The translations under genes were made by a program, and so were the position numbers. Source: Phoronis australis (lineage: Eukaryota > Animalia > Phoronida). Taken from it: DNA of 64,000 nucleotides. The stretch lies in contig NMRA01000208.1 of the NCBI GenBank assembly GCA_002633005.1, forward strand, positions 214,867-278,866, in the 5' to 3' direction. Positions 55,601-63,999 of the stretch are shown here, in pieces. The notes below the pieces were generated by a model, which did not search any database, was not told where the DNA came from, and worked only from the letters and a program-made list of their open reading frames with translations. How positions within the stretch are numbered: position 1 is the stretch's first letter; each line of letters starts with the position of its first letter.

Positions 55601-58600
55601 ACATAATAAAAAGGCTACTAGGAGGCGCAACATACATTATGTTCATCTAAAATGGACCAAGTGCAGATATTAAGTGATGATAATAATACTTTCATGAAAA
55701 TCCATCAGCTGAATGGAACATGGTAAATATCAAGGCAAAGAAAATCAAAATTGCCTGTAGGGGGCTCCACTGTAGAAGGATTAGTCCCAAAATCCATGAC
55801 AGCTGTACCCTCCTTAATAAAAATACATAATAAATTTCATGAAGATCCATCAAGGAACTCTGTAGCTATTGAGCCACATGGAAAAATATATTAAAAAAAT
55901 TGTCACTCAGGGGAACCACAGCAGTCACACCCATCCAGAAATTGTCAGGTGTACTGTTCCCACTAGGAAAACATGGCAATTTCCATGTTTTGGCCAATAA
56001 AGAGATGGACGCCACAACCCTGCTTCAAAAACAATAAAACTGACCATTAAGTGGTGTACAGTACCAACTCCTTAACAGAAACCCACTTACTAAATTTCAT
56101 GGAAACTTGTCAAGGAACTCCAAAAACTCAAGAGAAAACAGTAACATTTACTAATAGGGGCCACAGTGGTAGTCTGAAACATCCAAAAGTCATCATTATA
56201 ATGTTCATAGAAATACACATAACTAATTCAACAATTAGATTTTGCAACCAGCTGAAGCAAGCAAAAAAACTTAAATTGCCACTAGGAGGCCCAGCCGTAG
56301 TTGGATCCATACGAAATTTTGGTCGTGCGATCCCATAAACAACGGGAACAGCAGACACCATTGGCAGACAAAAAAGTCTGCATTGTTCAGACAAGAGTTG
56401 AAGACCATGTATACCGAATACACGATAAGTTGCTCTTAAAACTGATAACCTAATATCGTCCGCAGCCTACCTGATCACCCCACTTCCAGTCGTTGCCCCT
56501 GACAACACGTGTCCCAACCTTCATCATGGCCGCCAGCTCTGGACCCAGCATGGGTACCTGCTGAGTGACTTTCTTAGGCTTGCCTTGTTCAAGGACAGCG
56601 CATATTGCATTGGGTGGGGACGGGACTCCCTCGGGGTCAGGACCTGAGCAATCACAAACAGCAAGTGGTTATATGGCTGTGCAATGTAAGATAGGTATAT
56701 TGTGACAATACGTAACATAACTATAACTATAACAGGTATACTGTGACAATACGTAACATAACTATAACAAACTCAGAGTAAACTGACAATTTAGCGCACT
56801 TTTTGCATTTAGATTTCCTGAATGTACCACGACAGATGCAGAGAAGAAAGTACAAAAACATAATTTGTAAATAAAAATGAGCATAGACACTGGTACTGTT
56901 GGTACACACAGTAGATGGCGCTACAGTGTCATAGATGGTCACACCACATGACCTAATATAATTACAAGAACAGGACTGGAACCTAGGACCATCCAAACAT
57001 ATACAGAAGGTCATGAGTCTCTACCTTGGGGGACTGTTTCATGAAAAATGACTTGAAGACTTAAGACAACTTTGGTCAAACTTTGGTCAAACTTTGGTCA
57101 TACGCTCCTAATTCTCAAATGTTGGAGAAATGTTTAGCTAAGTAATTACGAGCGCATCACAGTCTAGAAATAATTGATAGAAAATATATCAGCGACTATC
57201 AGCCACGTAGACATTCTCAGACTTGGCAGCTTTGCTCACTGGTAATATGTAATTATTTTTCAGAAATAGTTGTGAGGACAATAAGAAGAAATTTCAGTCT
57301 TAAGTTATAAGTCACAACAATCAAACCATGGTGACCACAATAACTTACCAGCCAGGCGAAGAATTGTCTGACTAAGTCCCAGAATGCCAGAGTTCAGAAG
57401 TAGACTGATTCCATTTGCCTGGTTCTCAGAGGTCAGTATAGCTAGTGTAGCCAGCATGAATCGGGCCTGTGGTAGGGCTCCAAGGGTGATGTTCTCCTGC
57501 AAAGTAATGATACTAGGTGTGTACTGATATCATAATCAGAGTCAGATGTGAATATCTACACTCAATGATACTTACTGTGTACTGATATCATAATCAGTCA
57601 GATGTGAACATCTGCACTCAACATATGCAACAACTTAAAAAGATGGGAAAATGTGCTGAGAAGATAACCTGTGAATATTTGAGAGACAACAATGGAGAGA
57701 GAAAATAACAAAACCAATCACCTAGGCACTGCATAATTCCGTATGGTTGGGAGACAACAGGGACATCTAAATGTGATTCTCTGACAATAAAGAATGTGTC
57801 CTACATACCTTGGTATTGTCTTGTTGCCCAATGGTTGGGTTGACTCCACGGGACTTGAACAACATCTCTGCCTCCAGGATATAGTAACGTAACCTGGCAA
57901 TAGCCCACTTATGAAGCTCCATGTATGACATCTCCAACAGCACACGGTCACATGGTGGAATCAGGCCAACATCATTCAAACAGTGGGGCATTGAGCTAGT
58001 GAGTGAAGAGAATGAAATTTATGATAAAGGATTATTAACTCTCAAAAGGATTTTGACTAGTATGAAGAGCCCTGATCACAAACAAACAAATAAGACAATG
58101 CCCATGGATAATTTTCTAGATTTCTAATAAGGTACTCTTTCTGGTAGCTAGCTACAAGATTGTTATAAATATGACTGGAAAAAAGCTACGATTCAGTGTG
58201 GGAAAATGGGGGAATAAGCAAAATTTGGCTTTTTCAGTCCACTGAAACTCAATTTGAGGTTGACTAGTTATGAAATCTAGATCCAAACGTAGAGCACCCA
58301 ACGCCCTAGTAAGTAAACCAACCCTCAAACAGGGTTGGAAGTCCGCTCATGAAAGTGTAGAATCACACTCGAATTGCACGTCAAACATTAACCTGCATGC
58401 ATCGAAATTGTGACTGCTTGAACACATTAATTTTATCTTAATAAAACGGCAAATATAATTGCACAGAAATAAAGCCCTTCGAAAGAACTTATTCACCCTA
58501 AGATTTGACTTTTTACATGTCACTCCGCCATTTGCATTTTTTTTACCTACCAGTGAACTCATGGACTAAACCATTCACGGAGCTCATTGGCTTGCGTTCA

Positions 58601-61600
58601 GGTCACCATATAAAGTCATTAGGTCAAAAATTAAACTCACACGATGGCAGACGATTTGATTCGCTGTTATTAGAAGAAGGTAAAAAAAGAGTGAAAAATA
58701 ATGAGTATGACTGCGTTTTTCTAAATGTGTCAAGGGAATTTGATTTGGTTGGAAATAATACACTGAACAAGAACTTTCCATCCATTCTTTGGGTTTACAT
58801 CCATTTCATTCATTGGTGATCAGCCCTCCAGTGAATATTCAGCTCTGTTTATTAGTACTGACTACCATAGCCCTTACTATATATAATCCCAACGTTCAAA
58901 TGACACGTCGCCACTCTAGCACTTTTGTACTAACTGTATAAACTAGAAAACTGAAAATTCGTAACACTCATTTGCTCCATTTTTAGTGATATGTGTCGGG
59001 AAACACTTTGCAGAAATTCTCTCAAATGCAGATAACTGGAAATTAAATGTTTACAAGAGCAACAAAGAGCGTTGAAATGCACCCATGACTGCAATGCAAA
59101 TGGTATGCTTTTAGTGGTGTTGATTAGTATCATAAAAATGGCCACTAGATGGCACAGACAGCGTCTGAAAATAGGAAGCTGTTGTTGTCTCCCAAACAGA
59201 AAGCTATTTGCTTAAAATTTCATGAAAATCAGTCACGAATTACAGAGAAGAGGTGAATGTGAAAAAAACAAACTGTTATTAAGAGGCGAAGCATTAATCC
59301 AACCCTACATCTGTTAAGTTAATAGGAATACACTTGTCAAGGTTCTAAATACTTAGAAGGCACAGCAGCTTCAGATGCAAAAATGTCACTAGGGGGCACT
59401 ACAGTAGTTGGACCCATCTGAAAAATCCATGTCAGTTGTGCTTTTTCATAATGATCCTTTGTGTGGTTTGGCAAATACAGAGGCAGACAACTAAAGAATA
59501 ATAAAAGAATAATAAAACTAGCCACTAGGTGGTGCAGAATACACTAAATCCATTGCGAAATAGAATGCTGCTATCGCCATCATAACAAAAATTTGCTTGC
59601 CAAATTTCATAAAAAATGTCAAAGAGCTCTGAAGGTACAGAGGCAAATGTAAAAACTAAATTTGCAATTGGGGGTACAGCTATATTGACAACTGTCCAAA
59701 AGTCATAGGCGGCCATAGTCACATAACACTTGCAAAATTTCACAAAGATCATTCAAAGCAGTAATGAGATAATCACCACTAGGGTTGCCACAGTTGTCAG
59801 ACTCGTAAAAAATCAGTGTCAGTCATAGTCTTCTCATTACGAACAAATCTGTCAAGTTTTTAAATGATCCTTTAAGTGGTTTGAAACAGAGCCCTGAACA
59901 GCTTGCATGAGCAGAGAATCATTACACATAGTACTTACCCAACTTTGTTGCAGCCATGATTCAACAAGCCCTGCCAGCCAGACAACACAGCATGGATCAC
60001 CGAGGGAATCAGAAAGTCTTTATGCACCAAATTCAGCATGCTCTGAATTCCCTTGAGCCTTGTTTCCGCTCTCTCCACTTGGTGGTGCAACGATCGCCGC
60101 AGCTTCTCAATGTCTATAGGGTTGTCATACATGACAAATTCCATAATTTTATTGATGAGGCTGGTGTCAGCAGATGAACCAGTCATTCTCTGTTTCAGAC
60201 ATTGAAGACGAGCCGGGTTGGACACAGCCTGCACCAGAGGGAGCCACATGTCCTGTTCACAAAATAAAATCAATATAACCAACTTGAAACTATTATTAAA
60301 CTAAAACCACTACCATTGAAAACATTTTAATTAGAAATTTTAGTTCAACACCAGATTGAATCTTTCAAGAGTCACGTCTTGTCAATTTCTGAGAAAGCTA
60401 TTTGCAAGTTAGTATACATAACATTTCAGACGTAGGTGGCACATTTAAATACACAAGAGACTAATGCAGCCTTTTGACAGGCTTCTGTAGTAATTTCTAC
60501 CCAGTACCTTTTGTTCAGTGTCGCATCTGTCTCGACCGCATTTCGAAGGTCTCCTGGCAACAGAGGGCAAAGGGGAAGCCTCTTCATTTGCTGAAATCTT
60601 GGCCTGTAATTCCTCATCTCCGCCCACAGCCTCATCTTCAAATCCGACAACAACTTGTTCCAGCTGCACTTCATTCATCTCCGTGAACACAGTAGACTCT
60701 GCAAATGAACACATGTTACAATGGCAGGTCAATCCAACTATCGTACTTTAATATAATTGAACAGTCATGACCACAAAACAGGGACCACCATGACCCTCAT
60801 ACAAAAGTGGAACACCTTGAAAAGAATTTCTAGCAACATTTTGGAGAGCAGTGCACAAAGCATAGTAACCATAGTAACCTAATAGCTAAAGGAAGGCTTA
60901 TTTGTCTTGATAGAGAGTAGAGAACATGGCCCTGTTGCAATAGTGGAAAGGTGCAATCAGAAATACACTGTCTTCTGGAATGTAAGTTATATTCTGATTT
61001 GCGCAGTTTTTGCCTATATTCTACAGGGTGGACGAAGCAGTATACAGGGTTCTCCTGCAGACCCATGATTTAAATATCTTGAGAAAAATGGTAAAAATTT
61101 AATTAATGGTTAGAAACGTCGAAACAATTTTGGTTTAGATATCCTGTACTATCTGTTTATTTTTATGGGCCAAAGGTCTATTGACGTGAAATTATAAATT
61201 TATATAATCAGTCAAGATATGAAGTTTCGAAGTGAGTGAAATTTGGACATTTCTCTTGGTTCAACATCAACTTAAAGAGAAAATAACTTACAAGAAGTTT
61301 GTGAACGCAGAACTTAAGAAACAGAAACAGTATTGAAAAAATCAGACTTGGCACAAAAGTTCCATAACTCACTGACTCTCTCTTTCCGTTTGTCTTGAAT
61401 TACTTTCAATATGGCCTGCTTCCATCTTGGTGAACTCTTCAGGAGTCGTGACCTCTTGACGGCATTAGCCTCATTTCCAATGGCCGGTCCGAGCTCATTG
61501 AACAGGAAATGACATCGCTCAATGACTGGTGCACAAACTTCTTTGTAAGATCTGCTTAGATCTTGATGAGCCTAAAAAATTCCATGCAGTTTTAGATTAA

Positions 61601-61977
61601 TGTTTGCTCGACCCGACATAAAAATTATGAAACATGCCAGAATAAGGAGTTGCGTTTAACCAAACCTATTACGGAAACAGCTTCAAAATTCAAATATTCT
61701 ATTAATTTAGGCATTTCACAGCTACGTTGAGAAAAAATATTGACATCACAACTCGCATCAATAGAGGACGCCAATATCAGTTAGACACAAGAATGGAACA
61801 AGTGAACGCACCTTGACAAGAGCTCTCTTAGCCTGGTAAACAACACGGCACACCTCGGCCAGTGACTTGGGGAAGATGTGCTTGTGGTGTCCAATGTCAT
61901 GTTGAAGGCCATGCTCTACAAGGCCCAATGCAAGGTGGGCCAGATCATGGTGTTTGACTAGGACGGCTGTCAACAGT
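10724..61977 (-). CDS. HERC2: HERC2 E3 ubiquitin ligase orthologue, partial multi-exon gene (42 exons traced; 5' part and HECT not in window)
   Basis: Exon translations match recalled HERC2 sequence and domain order (MIB/HERC2, UBA-like, CPH, ZZ, DOC, RLD2, RLD3). All 41 introns are GT-AG and all exon phases join into one reading frame. Confidence 0.97.
11221..11435 (-). CDS. HERC2: HERC2 exon, RLD3
   Basis: [16 protein letters not shown]...[12 protein letters not shown]...[14 protein letters not shown]. Confidence 0.95.
14316..15759. mobile_element. Tc1/mariner-pogo-like non-autonomous element spanning an N gap
   Basis: Left end TA-CTGTAAACTCACGGGTTAACGCCC, right end GGGCGTTAACCTGTGAGT (inverted, tip truncated); subterminal TAATCGCCC / TTAAGCGCCC repeats at both ends. 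Confidence 0.65.
16031..19274. repeat. 1.4-kb direct duplication (16031-17464 vs 17881-19274) flanking an N gap
   Basis: Both copies start GTGCCAACTGTCACCG and are colinear with scattered SNPs and indels; probable uncollapsed haplotype. Confidence 0.9.
18943..20927. mobile_element. Apparently complete Helentron/HINE (DINE-1/pearl-like) element with ~150-bp core tandem subunits
   Basis: Subterminal IR ATGCACCCAC (18968) / GTGGGTGCAT (20916); terminal hairpin 20896-20925; GAC(G/A) microsatellite remnant; A-rich flanks with no evident TSD; subunits carry GCCACTAGGnGGC. Confidence 0.75.
19639..19692. repeat. (TAT)n microsatellite
   Basis: Perfect ATT run of about 18 units. Confidence 0.95.
21648..21846 (-). 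CDS. HERC2: HERC2 exon, RLD3 start
   Basis: [35 protein letters not shown]...[14 protein letters not shown]. Confidence 0.95.
22252..22257 (-). terminator. Candidate polyadenylation signal AATAAA of the nested ORF
   Basis: TTTATT on + strand, about 125 nt downstream of the stop codon at 22383. Confidence 0.45.
22383..24788 (-). CDS. Nested single-exon 801-aa ORF: filamin-like Ig plus split NHL-repeat beta-propeller protein (TRIM-NHL-like, no RING/B-box)
   Basis: 2.4-kb uninterrupted ORF in AT-rich intron. Filamin-like segment (...[13 protein letters not shown]...). NHL-like blades ([26 protein letters not shown]; [16 protein letters not shown]...VMIFD; [10 protein letters not shown]...IKVFSYNG). 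Long D/E/S-rich tract. Domain calls are by eye. Confidence 0.8.
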   Translation of the reverse strand: MSVSAQNAGEGSDNSFIKYTDSVSLLIDSDEADIAGGDFFSKDFSCKSPQNPNGEKTGGECEPKLAGTFSPSTFQFPTQNTDSSQQASLLTEIQNSSLIAGHQAEIVLLFASDVDFSANVIDCKKRTLESRLDKVTSRIYVLTFRPQSFGSVAAAFTMSEGTAYICRWNVLPNFPVRKSSEKCREDSLLFMSAARDSSGCLYLSNPKDCTINKYTPDGQLGCKLAVANDCAPLCLSVTEDEEPEIAVVTSTSMRWSLYAAMLSCKDWDWDNIEWDKIEECMQELMKKLNVSSVEEILNCEPNDDMDASDITHLRILLRVAEVMGNKIPSVSHFGETSEQDAAMIKSCIAFHEKFSFHYASSKNCCIWKGCFDKDRYTKGDVHVSQLDLATLGDYTVNDVLFSSIDPGEGMLSEVGYFQDNDALRTSTPIKDSAADSFNLASPSCDDSSSGSAGGSAETDVSSNVQSTSSSSSENSDDKYVSAGSESGEITSRACNKTEDDASLERNAEEILGLMLQEDISFEGSEHNGYKKTANKSANANTSGNGGEADDEDESGSSADGDVSCDGDYCSVSSGRHNNQQSAGQDLTTKTEVDSADDLTNDSVGGVFGSSDRSTDGVDDEYSEIVGERIQILTANGKLIEELVHNDAIFYCVMNKEQLFWTGHDSAFLYDRASQIKRKITLRTPDGVVAPNGICFGFDGDIIVSDDTSPNVMIFDGAFKFKRKLACDDFVSCVAFDGDDRIFCLCSGVIKVFSYNGVYLYDIACIDEEGRPFECGLSFTIMTDKEILLPAVPSGLFVYKYV
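24874..24898 (-). promoter_or_regulatory. CRE (TGACGTCA) plus palindromic E2F-like site (TTTGGCGCCAAA) upstream of the nested ORF
   Basis: Exact motifs at 24874-24881 and 24887-24898, about 90-110 bp upstream of the ATG. Confidence 0.4.
25070..26125 (+). mobile_element. Probable DNA-transposon 5' fragment with acidic ORF start; ~250-bp segment duplicated across a single N
   Basis: 25207-25455 is repeated at 25877-26125 after the N at 25876. TTTCCCGC and TGACGTCA precede [28 protein letters not shown], which is cut at the N. Family not determined. Confidence 0.4.
26788..26852. repeat. 20-bp tandem repeat x3
   Basis: TGTGAACAGCTGGATAGATC. Confidence 0.8.
27643..27795. repeat. Degenerate ~48-bp tandem repeat that includes the exon 3' end and donor
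   Basis: ATGAATTGTGCTTTAATCCAGC(T/C)T(A/T)CCTGTTCAACCAC recurs about 3 times. Confidence 0.7.
27784..28055 (-). CDS. HERC2: HERC2 exon
   Basis: [12 protein letters not shown]...[16 protein letters not shown]...[12 protein letters not shown]. Confidence 0.94.
28370..28495 (-). CDS. HERC2: HERC2 exon
   Basis: [42 protein letters not shown]. Confidence 0.93.
29487..29626 (-). CDS. HERC2: HERC2 exon
   Basis: [15 protein letters not shown]...; ttcag / GTAAGA. Confidence 0.88.
30321..30611 (-). CDS. HERC2: HERC2 exon
   Basis: [39 protein letters not shown]...[14 protein letters not shown]. Confidence 0.95.
31001..31454 (-). CDS. HERC2: HERC2 exon
   Basis: ...[14 protein letters not shown]...[17 protein letters not shown]...[10 protein letters not shown]...[14 protein letters not shown]. 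Confidence 0.95.
32597..32737 (-). CDS. HERC2: HERC2 exon (linker)
   Basis: [10 protein letters not shown]...[12 protein letters not shown]; tttag / GTGAGA; phase 0-0. Confidence 0.78.
33023..33233 (-). CDS. HERC2: HERC2 exon (low-complexity linker)
   Basis: [13 protein letters not shown]...ATVSSSD; tccag / GTAAGG. Confidence 0.85.
33395..33566 (-). CDS. HERC2: HERC2 exon
   Basis: ...[34 protein letters not shown]. Confidence 0.92.
33954..34179 (-). CDS. HERC2: HERC2 exon, RLD2 end
   Basis: [23 protein letters not shown]...[11 protein letters not shown]...RDPLGSTLL. Confidence 0.94.
35371..35419. repeat. (CT)n microsatellite
   Basis: Imperfect CT run. Confidence 0.9.
35702..35846 (-). CDS. 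HERC2: HERC2 exon, RLD2
   Basis: [48 protein letters not shown]. Confidence 0.95.
36243..36496 (-). CDS. HERC2: HERC2 exon, RLD2
   Basis: [21 protein letters not shown]...[17 protein letters not shown]...[19 protein letters not shown]. Confidence 0.95.
37096..37273 (-). CDS. HERC2: HERC2 exon, RLD2
   Basis: [28 protein letters not shown]...[24 protein letters not shown]. Confidence 0.95.
37686..37920 (-). CDS. HERC2: HERC2 exon, RLD2 (RCC1 repeats)
   Basis: [19 protein letters not shown]...[17 protein letters not shown]; tctag / GTGAGT. Confidence 0.95.
38244..38325 (-). CDS. HERC2: HERC2 short exon, RLD2
   Basis: [27 protein letters not shown]; tccag / GTAGGT; 82 bp, phases fit. Confidence 0.9.
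39313..39606 (-). CDS. HERC2: HERC2 exon, DOC end and RLD2 start
   Basis: [24 protein letters not shown]...[19 protein letters not shown]; ttcag / GTCAGA. Confidence 0.93.
40043..40240 (-). CDS. HERC2: HERC2 exon, DOC/APC10 domain
   Basis: [37 protein letters not shown]; ttcag / GTAAGA. Confidence 0.93.
41159..41352 (-). CDS. HERC2: HERC2 exon, DOC/APC10 domain
   Basis: ...[31 protein letters not shown]; aacag / GTGAGT. Confidence 0.93.
41545..41621. repeat. ~75-bp hairpin mini-element (also at ~30130-30202 and ~42230-42306)
   Basis: TTTTGAGAACCAGTTT...AAACTGGTTCTCAAAA 16-bp inverted repeat with conserved loop; 3 dispersed copies. Confidence 0.75.
41674..41810 (-). CDS. HERC2: HERC2 exon, ZZ zinc finger
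   Basis: [39 protein letters not shown]; tacag / GTATTG. Confidence 0.94.
42733..42955 (-). CDS. HERC2: HERC2 exon, Mind-bomb SH3-like repeat
   Basis: [29 protein letters not shown]...[19 protein letters not shown]; ttcag / GTGGGA. Confidence 0.93.
45165..45282 (-). CDS. HERC2: HERC2 exon, CPH domain C-half
   Basis: [33 protein letters not shown]; tttag / GTAAGT. Confidence 0.93.
45829..45984 (-). CDS. HERC2: HERC2 exon, CPH domain N-half
   Basis: [46 protein letters not shown]; tacag / GTGAGA. Confidence 0.93.
46595..46773 (-). CDS. HERC2: HERC2 exon (UBA end, acidic linker)
   Basis: ...[15 protein letters not shown]...SDEDSDY; tgcag / GTACGC. Confidence 0.85.
47496..47754 (-). CDS. HERC2: HERC2 exon, UBA-like domain start
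   Basis: [10 protein letters not shown]...[22 protein letters not shown] (UBA MGF motif); cctag / GTAAGT. Confidence 0.92.
48582..48708. repeat. 16-bp minisatellite, about 8 copies
   Basis: GGCACACTGTCATAAA. Confidence 0.95.
48811..48968 (-). CDS. HERC2: HERC2 exon
   Basis: ...[26 protein letters not shown]; tgcag / GTAACC. Confidence 0.9.
49496..49642 (-). CDS. HERC2: HERC2 exon
   Basis: [34 protein letters not shown]; cctag / GTGAGG. Confidence 0.9.
50222..50363 (-). CDS. HERC2: HERC2 exon
   Basis: [30 protein letters not shown]...; ttcag / GTAAGC. Confidence 0.88.
50855..51213. repeat. 42-bp minisatellite, about 9 copies, abutting the exon donor
   Basis: Unit TAAGCCAGTTCCTAAACACTTACATGTTAGCATTATAAAA(A/C)C; contains GTAAGT on the minus strand. 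Confidence 0.95.
51214..51468 (-). CDS. HERC2: HERC2 exon
   Basis: ...[20 protein letters not shown]...GVGTIASI; tgcag / GTAAGT. Confidence 0.9.
51811..52013 (-). CDS. HERC2: HERC2 exon
   Basis: ...[23 protein letters not shown]...WNPCVNKYI; tgtag / GTAAGT. Confidence 0.9.
52295..52746. mobile_element. Foldback element/MITE with ~208-bp inverted arms
   Basis: CAAGGTACCTAGACTAC... / ...GTAGTTTAGGTACCTTG; arms 52295-52502 and 52539-52746; 5-bp direct repeat AAATA on both flanks. Confidence 0.9.
52856..53006 (-). CDS. HERC2: HERC2 exon
   Basis: [16 protein letters not shown]...[22 protein letters not shown]; ttcag / GTGCGT. Confidence 0.9.
53135..53622. repeat. 32-bp minisatellite, 15 near-perfect copies
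   Basis: GTACCTTTAGTATAGTTTGTAAGCCATTTAAT. Confidence 0.97.
53992..54176 (-). CDS. HERC2: HERC2 exon
   Basis: [26 protein letters not shown]...[12 protein letters not shown]...; tatag / GTCTGC. Confidence 0.88.
54442..54627 (-). CDS. HERC2: HERC2 exon
   Basis: [17 protein letters not shown]...[12 protein letters not shown]; ttcag / GTAAGT. Confidence 0.88.
55167..55356 (-). CDS. HERC2: HERC2 exon, MIB/HERC2 domain C-half
   Basis: [45 protein letters not shown]; tatag / GTAAGA (hand-translated, not in ORF track). Confidence 0.93.
55600..56380. mobile_element. Old, diverged copy of the Helentron/HINE-like family
   Basis: Decayed subunits with AAATTTCATG(A/G)A and (G)CTACTAGGAGGCGC / GCCACTAGGAGGC motifs. 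Confidence 0.5.
56471..56643 (-). CDS. HERC2: HERC2 exon, MIB/HERC2 domain N-half
   Basis: ...[25 protein letters not shown]; ctcag / GTAGGC. Confidence 0.93.
57349..57496 (-). CDS. HERC2: HERC2 exon
   Basis: [18 protein letters not shown]...[19 protein letters not shown]; tgcag / GTAAGT. Confidence 0.9.
57809..57995 (-). CDS. HERC2: HERC2 exon
   Basis: [21 protein letters not shown]...QDNTK; actag / GTATGT. Confidence 0.9.
59052..59900. mobile_element. Diverged copy of the Helentron/HINE-like family
   Basis: Terminus ACAAGAGCAACAAAGAGCGTTGAAATGCACCCA followed by subunits with GCCACTAG motifs. Confidence 0.65.
59939..60252 (-). CDS. HERC2: HERC2 exon
   Basis: [10 protein letters not shown]...[25 protein letters not shown]...; aacag / GTAAGT. 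Confidence 0.9.
60508..60698 (-). CDS. HERC2: HERC2 exon (acidic linker)
   Basis: [14 protein letters not shown]...DRCDTEQK; tgcag / GTACTG; phases fit neighbours. Confidence 0.8.
61373..61571 (-). CDS. HERC2: HERC2 exon
   Basis: [30 protein letters not shown]... (conserved HERC2 motif); tttag / GTGAGT. Confidence 0.92.
61812..61977 (-). CDS. HERC2: HERC2 exon (first complete exon in window)
   Basis: [17 protein letters not shown]...[17 protein letters not shown]; ttacag acceptor, GTGCGT donor. Confidence 0.92.
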
Positions 61978-63733
61978 CTGTAACAATGAAGGATTTGAGA
62001 GAGGGCTGTTAGCAAGACGGTCAAGCACCAAAGATGACACAAATAACGATGGAGACTGTGGCTCTAGAGGCGCCATCTGCACACCCAGTTTGTCAACAAC
62101 AGTCCGCAATAAAGGAACAGCAGTGAATTTTGGTATGCAAATTAATACATATTATTTATTTCCAGCGCATACAATTCTGCGTTTACAAACGATTCTCAAT
62201 CATAAAAACATGAGAAGTATAAGTGATATCCATCAAATATTAGGGCCAACAAATATACTTCTTTACAAACTGCTTGATGCTCACAAATCTATACAAAATA
62301 TTCAAATGGGAAAGGCAACGGAGCAAGACAGATAGTCAAAGCACGGCACTGCAGATGTGGGTCACTGTGGACAAGGCATCTTCAGTGCAGTTTTGCATAA
62401 TATGTGACTATTGCATCTATTTATAAAATACCCAAAGATTGACAAGTAATTCAATGATACGATAAACGTTTTCTGAGTTTCTAAAACATTTTTGGTAAAA
62501 CGGCATTGATGAGCATAGAAATTTCTGCACATTCAGCAGGGCAAGAATTTTTCCCCACGCGACATTCTTGAGCAACAAGACTTAGTGCTTTGCTCAAATA
62601 TCACAAAAATTTCAACTCCAAACTTCCATTAATAGTTGCATTATGTGCAATGATATTTACATGTCAAGTGAACAGCCCTGTTGGGATGTAGTGAGTAGTT
62701 CTTAAAAGAACTGTTGTTTTTTGGCTCATGGTGTTAATTCGCTCAAAGACAACGCAAAAGTCCCTATCAAGTGATTATATTCGCCAGCACAATAAACGCA
62801 AACGGTCTACCAACATGGACGCTCTGGAACGCTCCTCCAGCTAGTGGGGAGAGGTGAAACACCAGAGACGCCTGGCGGCTAATACAAAGCTTAACACCAA
62901 CANTGAAGGCCATGCTCTACAAGGCCCAATGCAAGGTGGGCCAGATCATGGTGTTTGACTAGGACGGCTGTCAACAGTCTGTAACAATGAAGGATTTGAG
63001 AGAGGGCTGTTAGCAAGACGGTCAAGCACCAAAGACAACACAACTAATGATGGAGACTGTGGCTCTAGAGGGCGCCATTTGTACACCAAGTTTGTCAACA
63101 ACAGTCCGCAATAAAGGAACAACAGTGAATTTTGGTATGCATACTAATACATATTATTTATTTCCAGCACATACAATTCTGCGTTTACAAACAATTCTCA
63201 ATCATAAAAACATGAAAAGTATAAGTGATATACATCAAATATTAGGGCCAACAAATATACTTCTTTACAAACTCTTGATGCTCACAAATCTATACAAAAT
63301 ATTCAAATGGAAAAGGCAACGGAGCAAGACAGATAGTCAAAGCACGGCACTGCAGATGTGGCTCACTGTGGACAAGGCATCTTCAGTAATGTTTTACATA
63401 ATAGGTGACTATTGCATCTATTTATAAAATACCCAAAGATTGACAAGTAATTTAATGCTACGATAAACGTTTTTTGAGTTTCTAAAACATTTTTGGTAAA
63501 ACGGCATTGACGAGCATAGAAATTTCTGCACATTCAGCAGGGCAAGAATTTTTCCCCACGCGACATTCTTGAGCAACAAGATTTAGTGCTTTTGCTCAAA
63601 TATCACAAAAATTTCAATTCCAAACTTCCATTAATAGCTACATTATGTGCAAAGATATTTACATGTCAAGTGAACAGCCCTGTTGGGATGTAGTGAGTAG
63701 TTCTTAAAAGAACTGTTGTTTTTTGGCTCATGG
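61903..63733. repeat. 830-bp direct duplication (61903-62731 vs 62904-63733) across a single N, including part of a HERC2 exon
   Basis: Colinear copies with SNPs; the exon portion 62904-62978 is identical; probable uncollapsed haplotype. Confidence 0.9.
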
Positions 63734-63759
63734 AACACGCCATGTTTGTGATGAGACCA

Positions 63760-63999
63760 TCACTCATAGTTGAGGTGTTCAGTGTAGCCAAACGCATCAC
63801 GTCTCAACTGAAACACTTCAACAGCCTTCCTCTCTGCATACTCTTCATACATCTTCTTTATACCGATAGTCACAGAGTATCGATTATACAGTTGACTGGC
63901 TCGCATTGTGTGATTGGCCTTCAGCGCTCGCTCTAACCTGACAGTTGTATCCTTCACTTCCCGATCAATCACCTTTATCTGTTTATAACACCTGAGGTA
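63760..63999 (-). other. 3' end of an ORF open to the window edge, not recognisably HERC2
   Basis: YLRCYKQIKVIDREVKDTTVRLERALKANHTMRASQLYNRYSVTIGIKKMYEEYAERKAVEVFQLRRDAFGYTEHLNYE*; the stop lies about 25 bp from the duplication breakpoint. Confidence 0.4.

Noticed and set aside
62904-62978. Duplicated HERC2 exon (mutually exclusive exon)
   Set aside because: It is truncated at a single N contig join and its sequence is identical to the first copy; most likely an assembly artefact.
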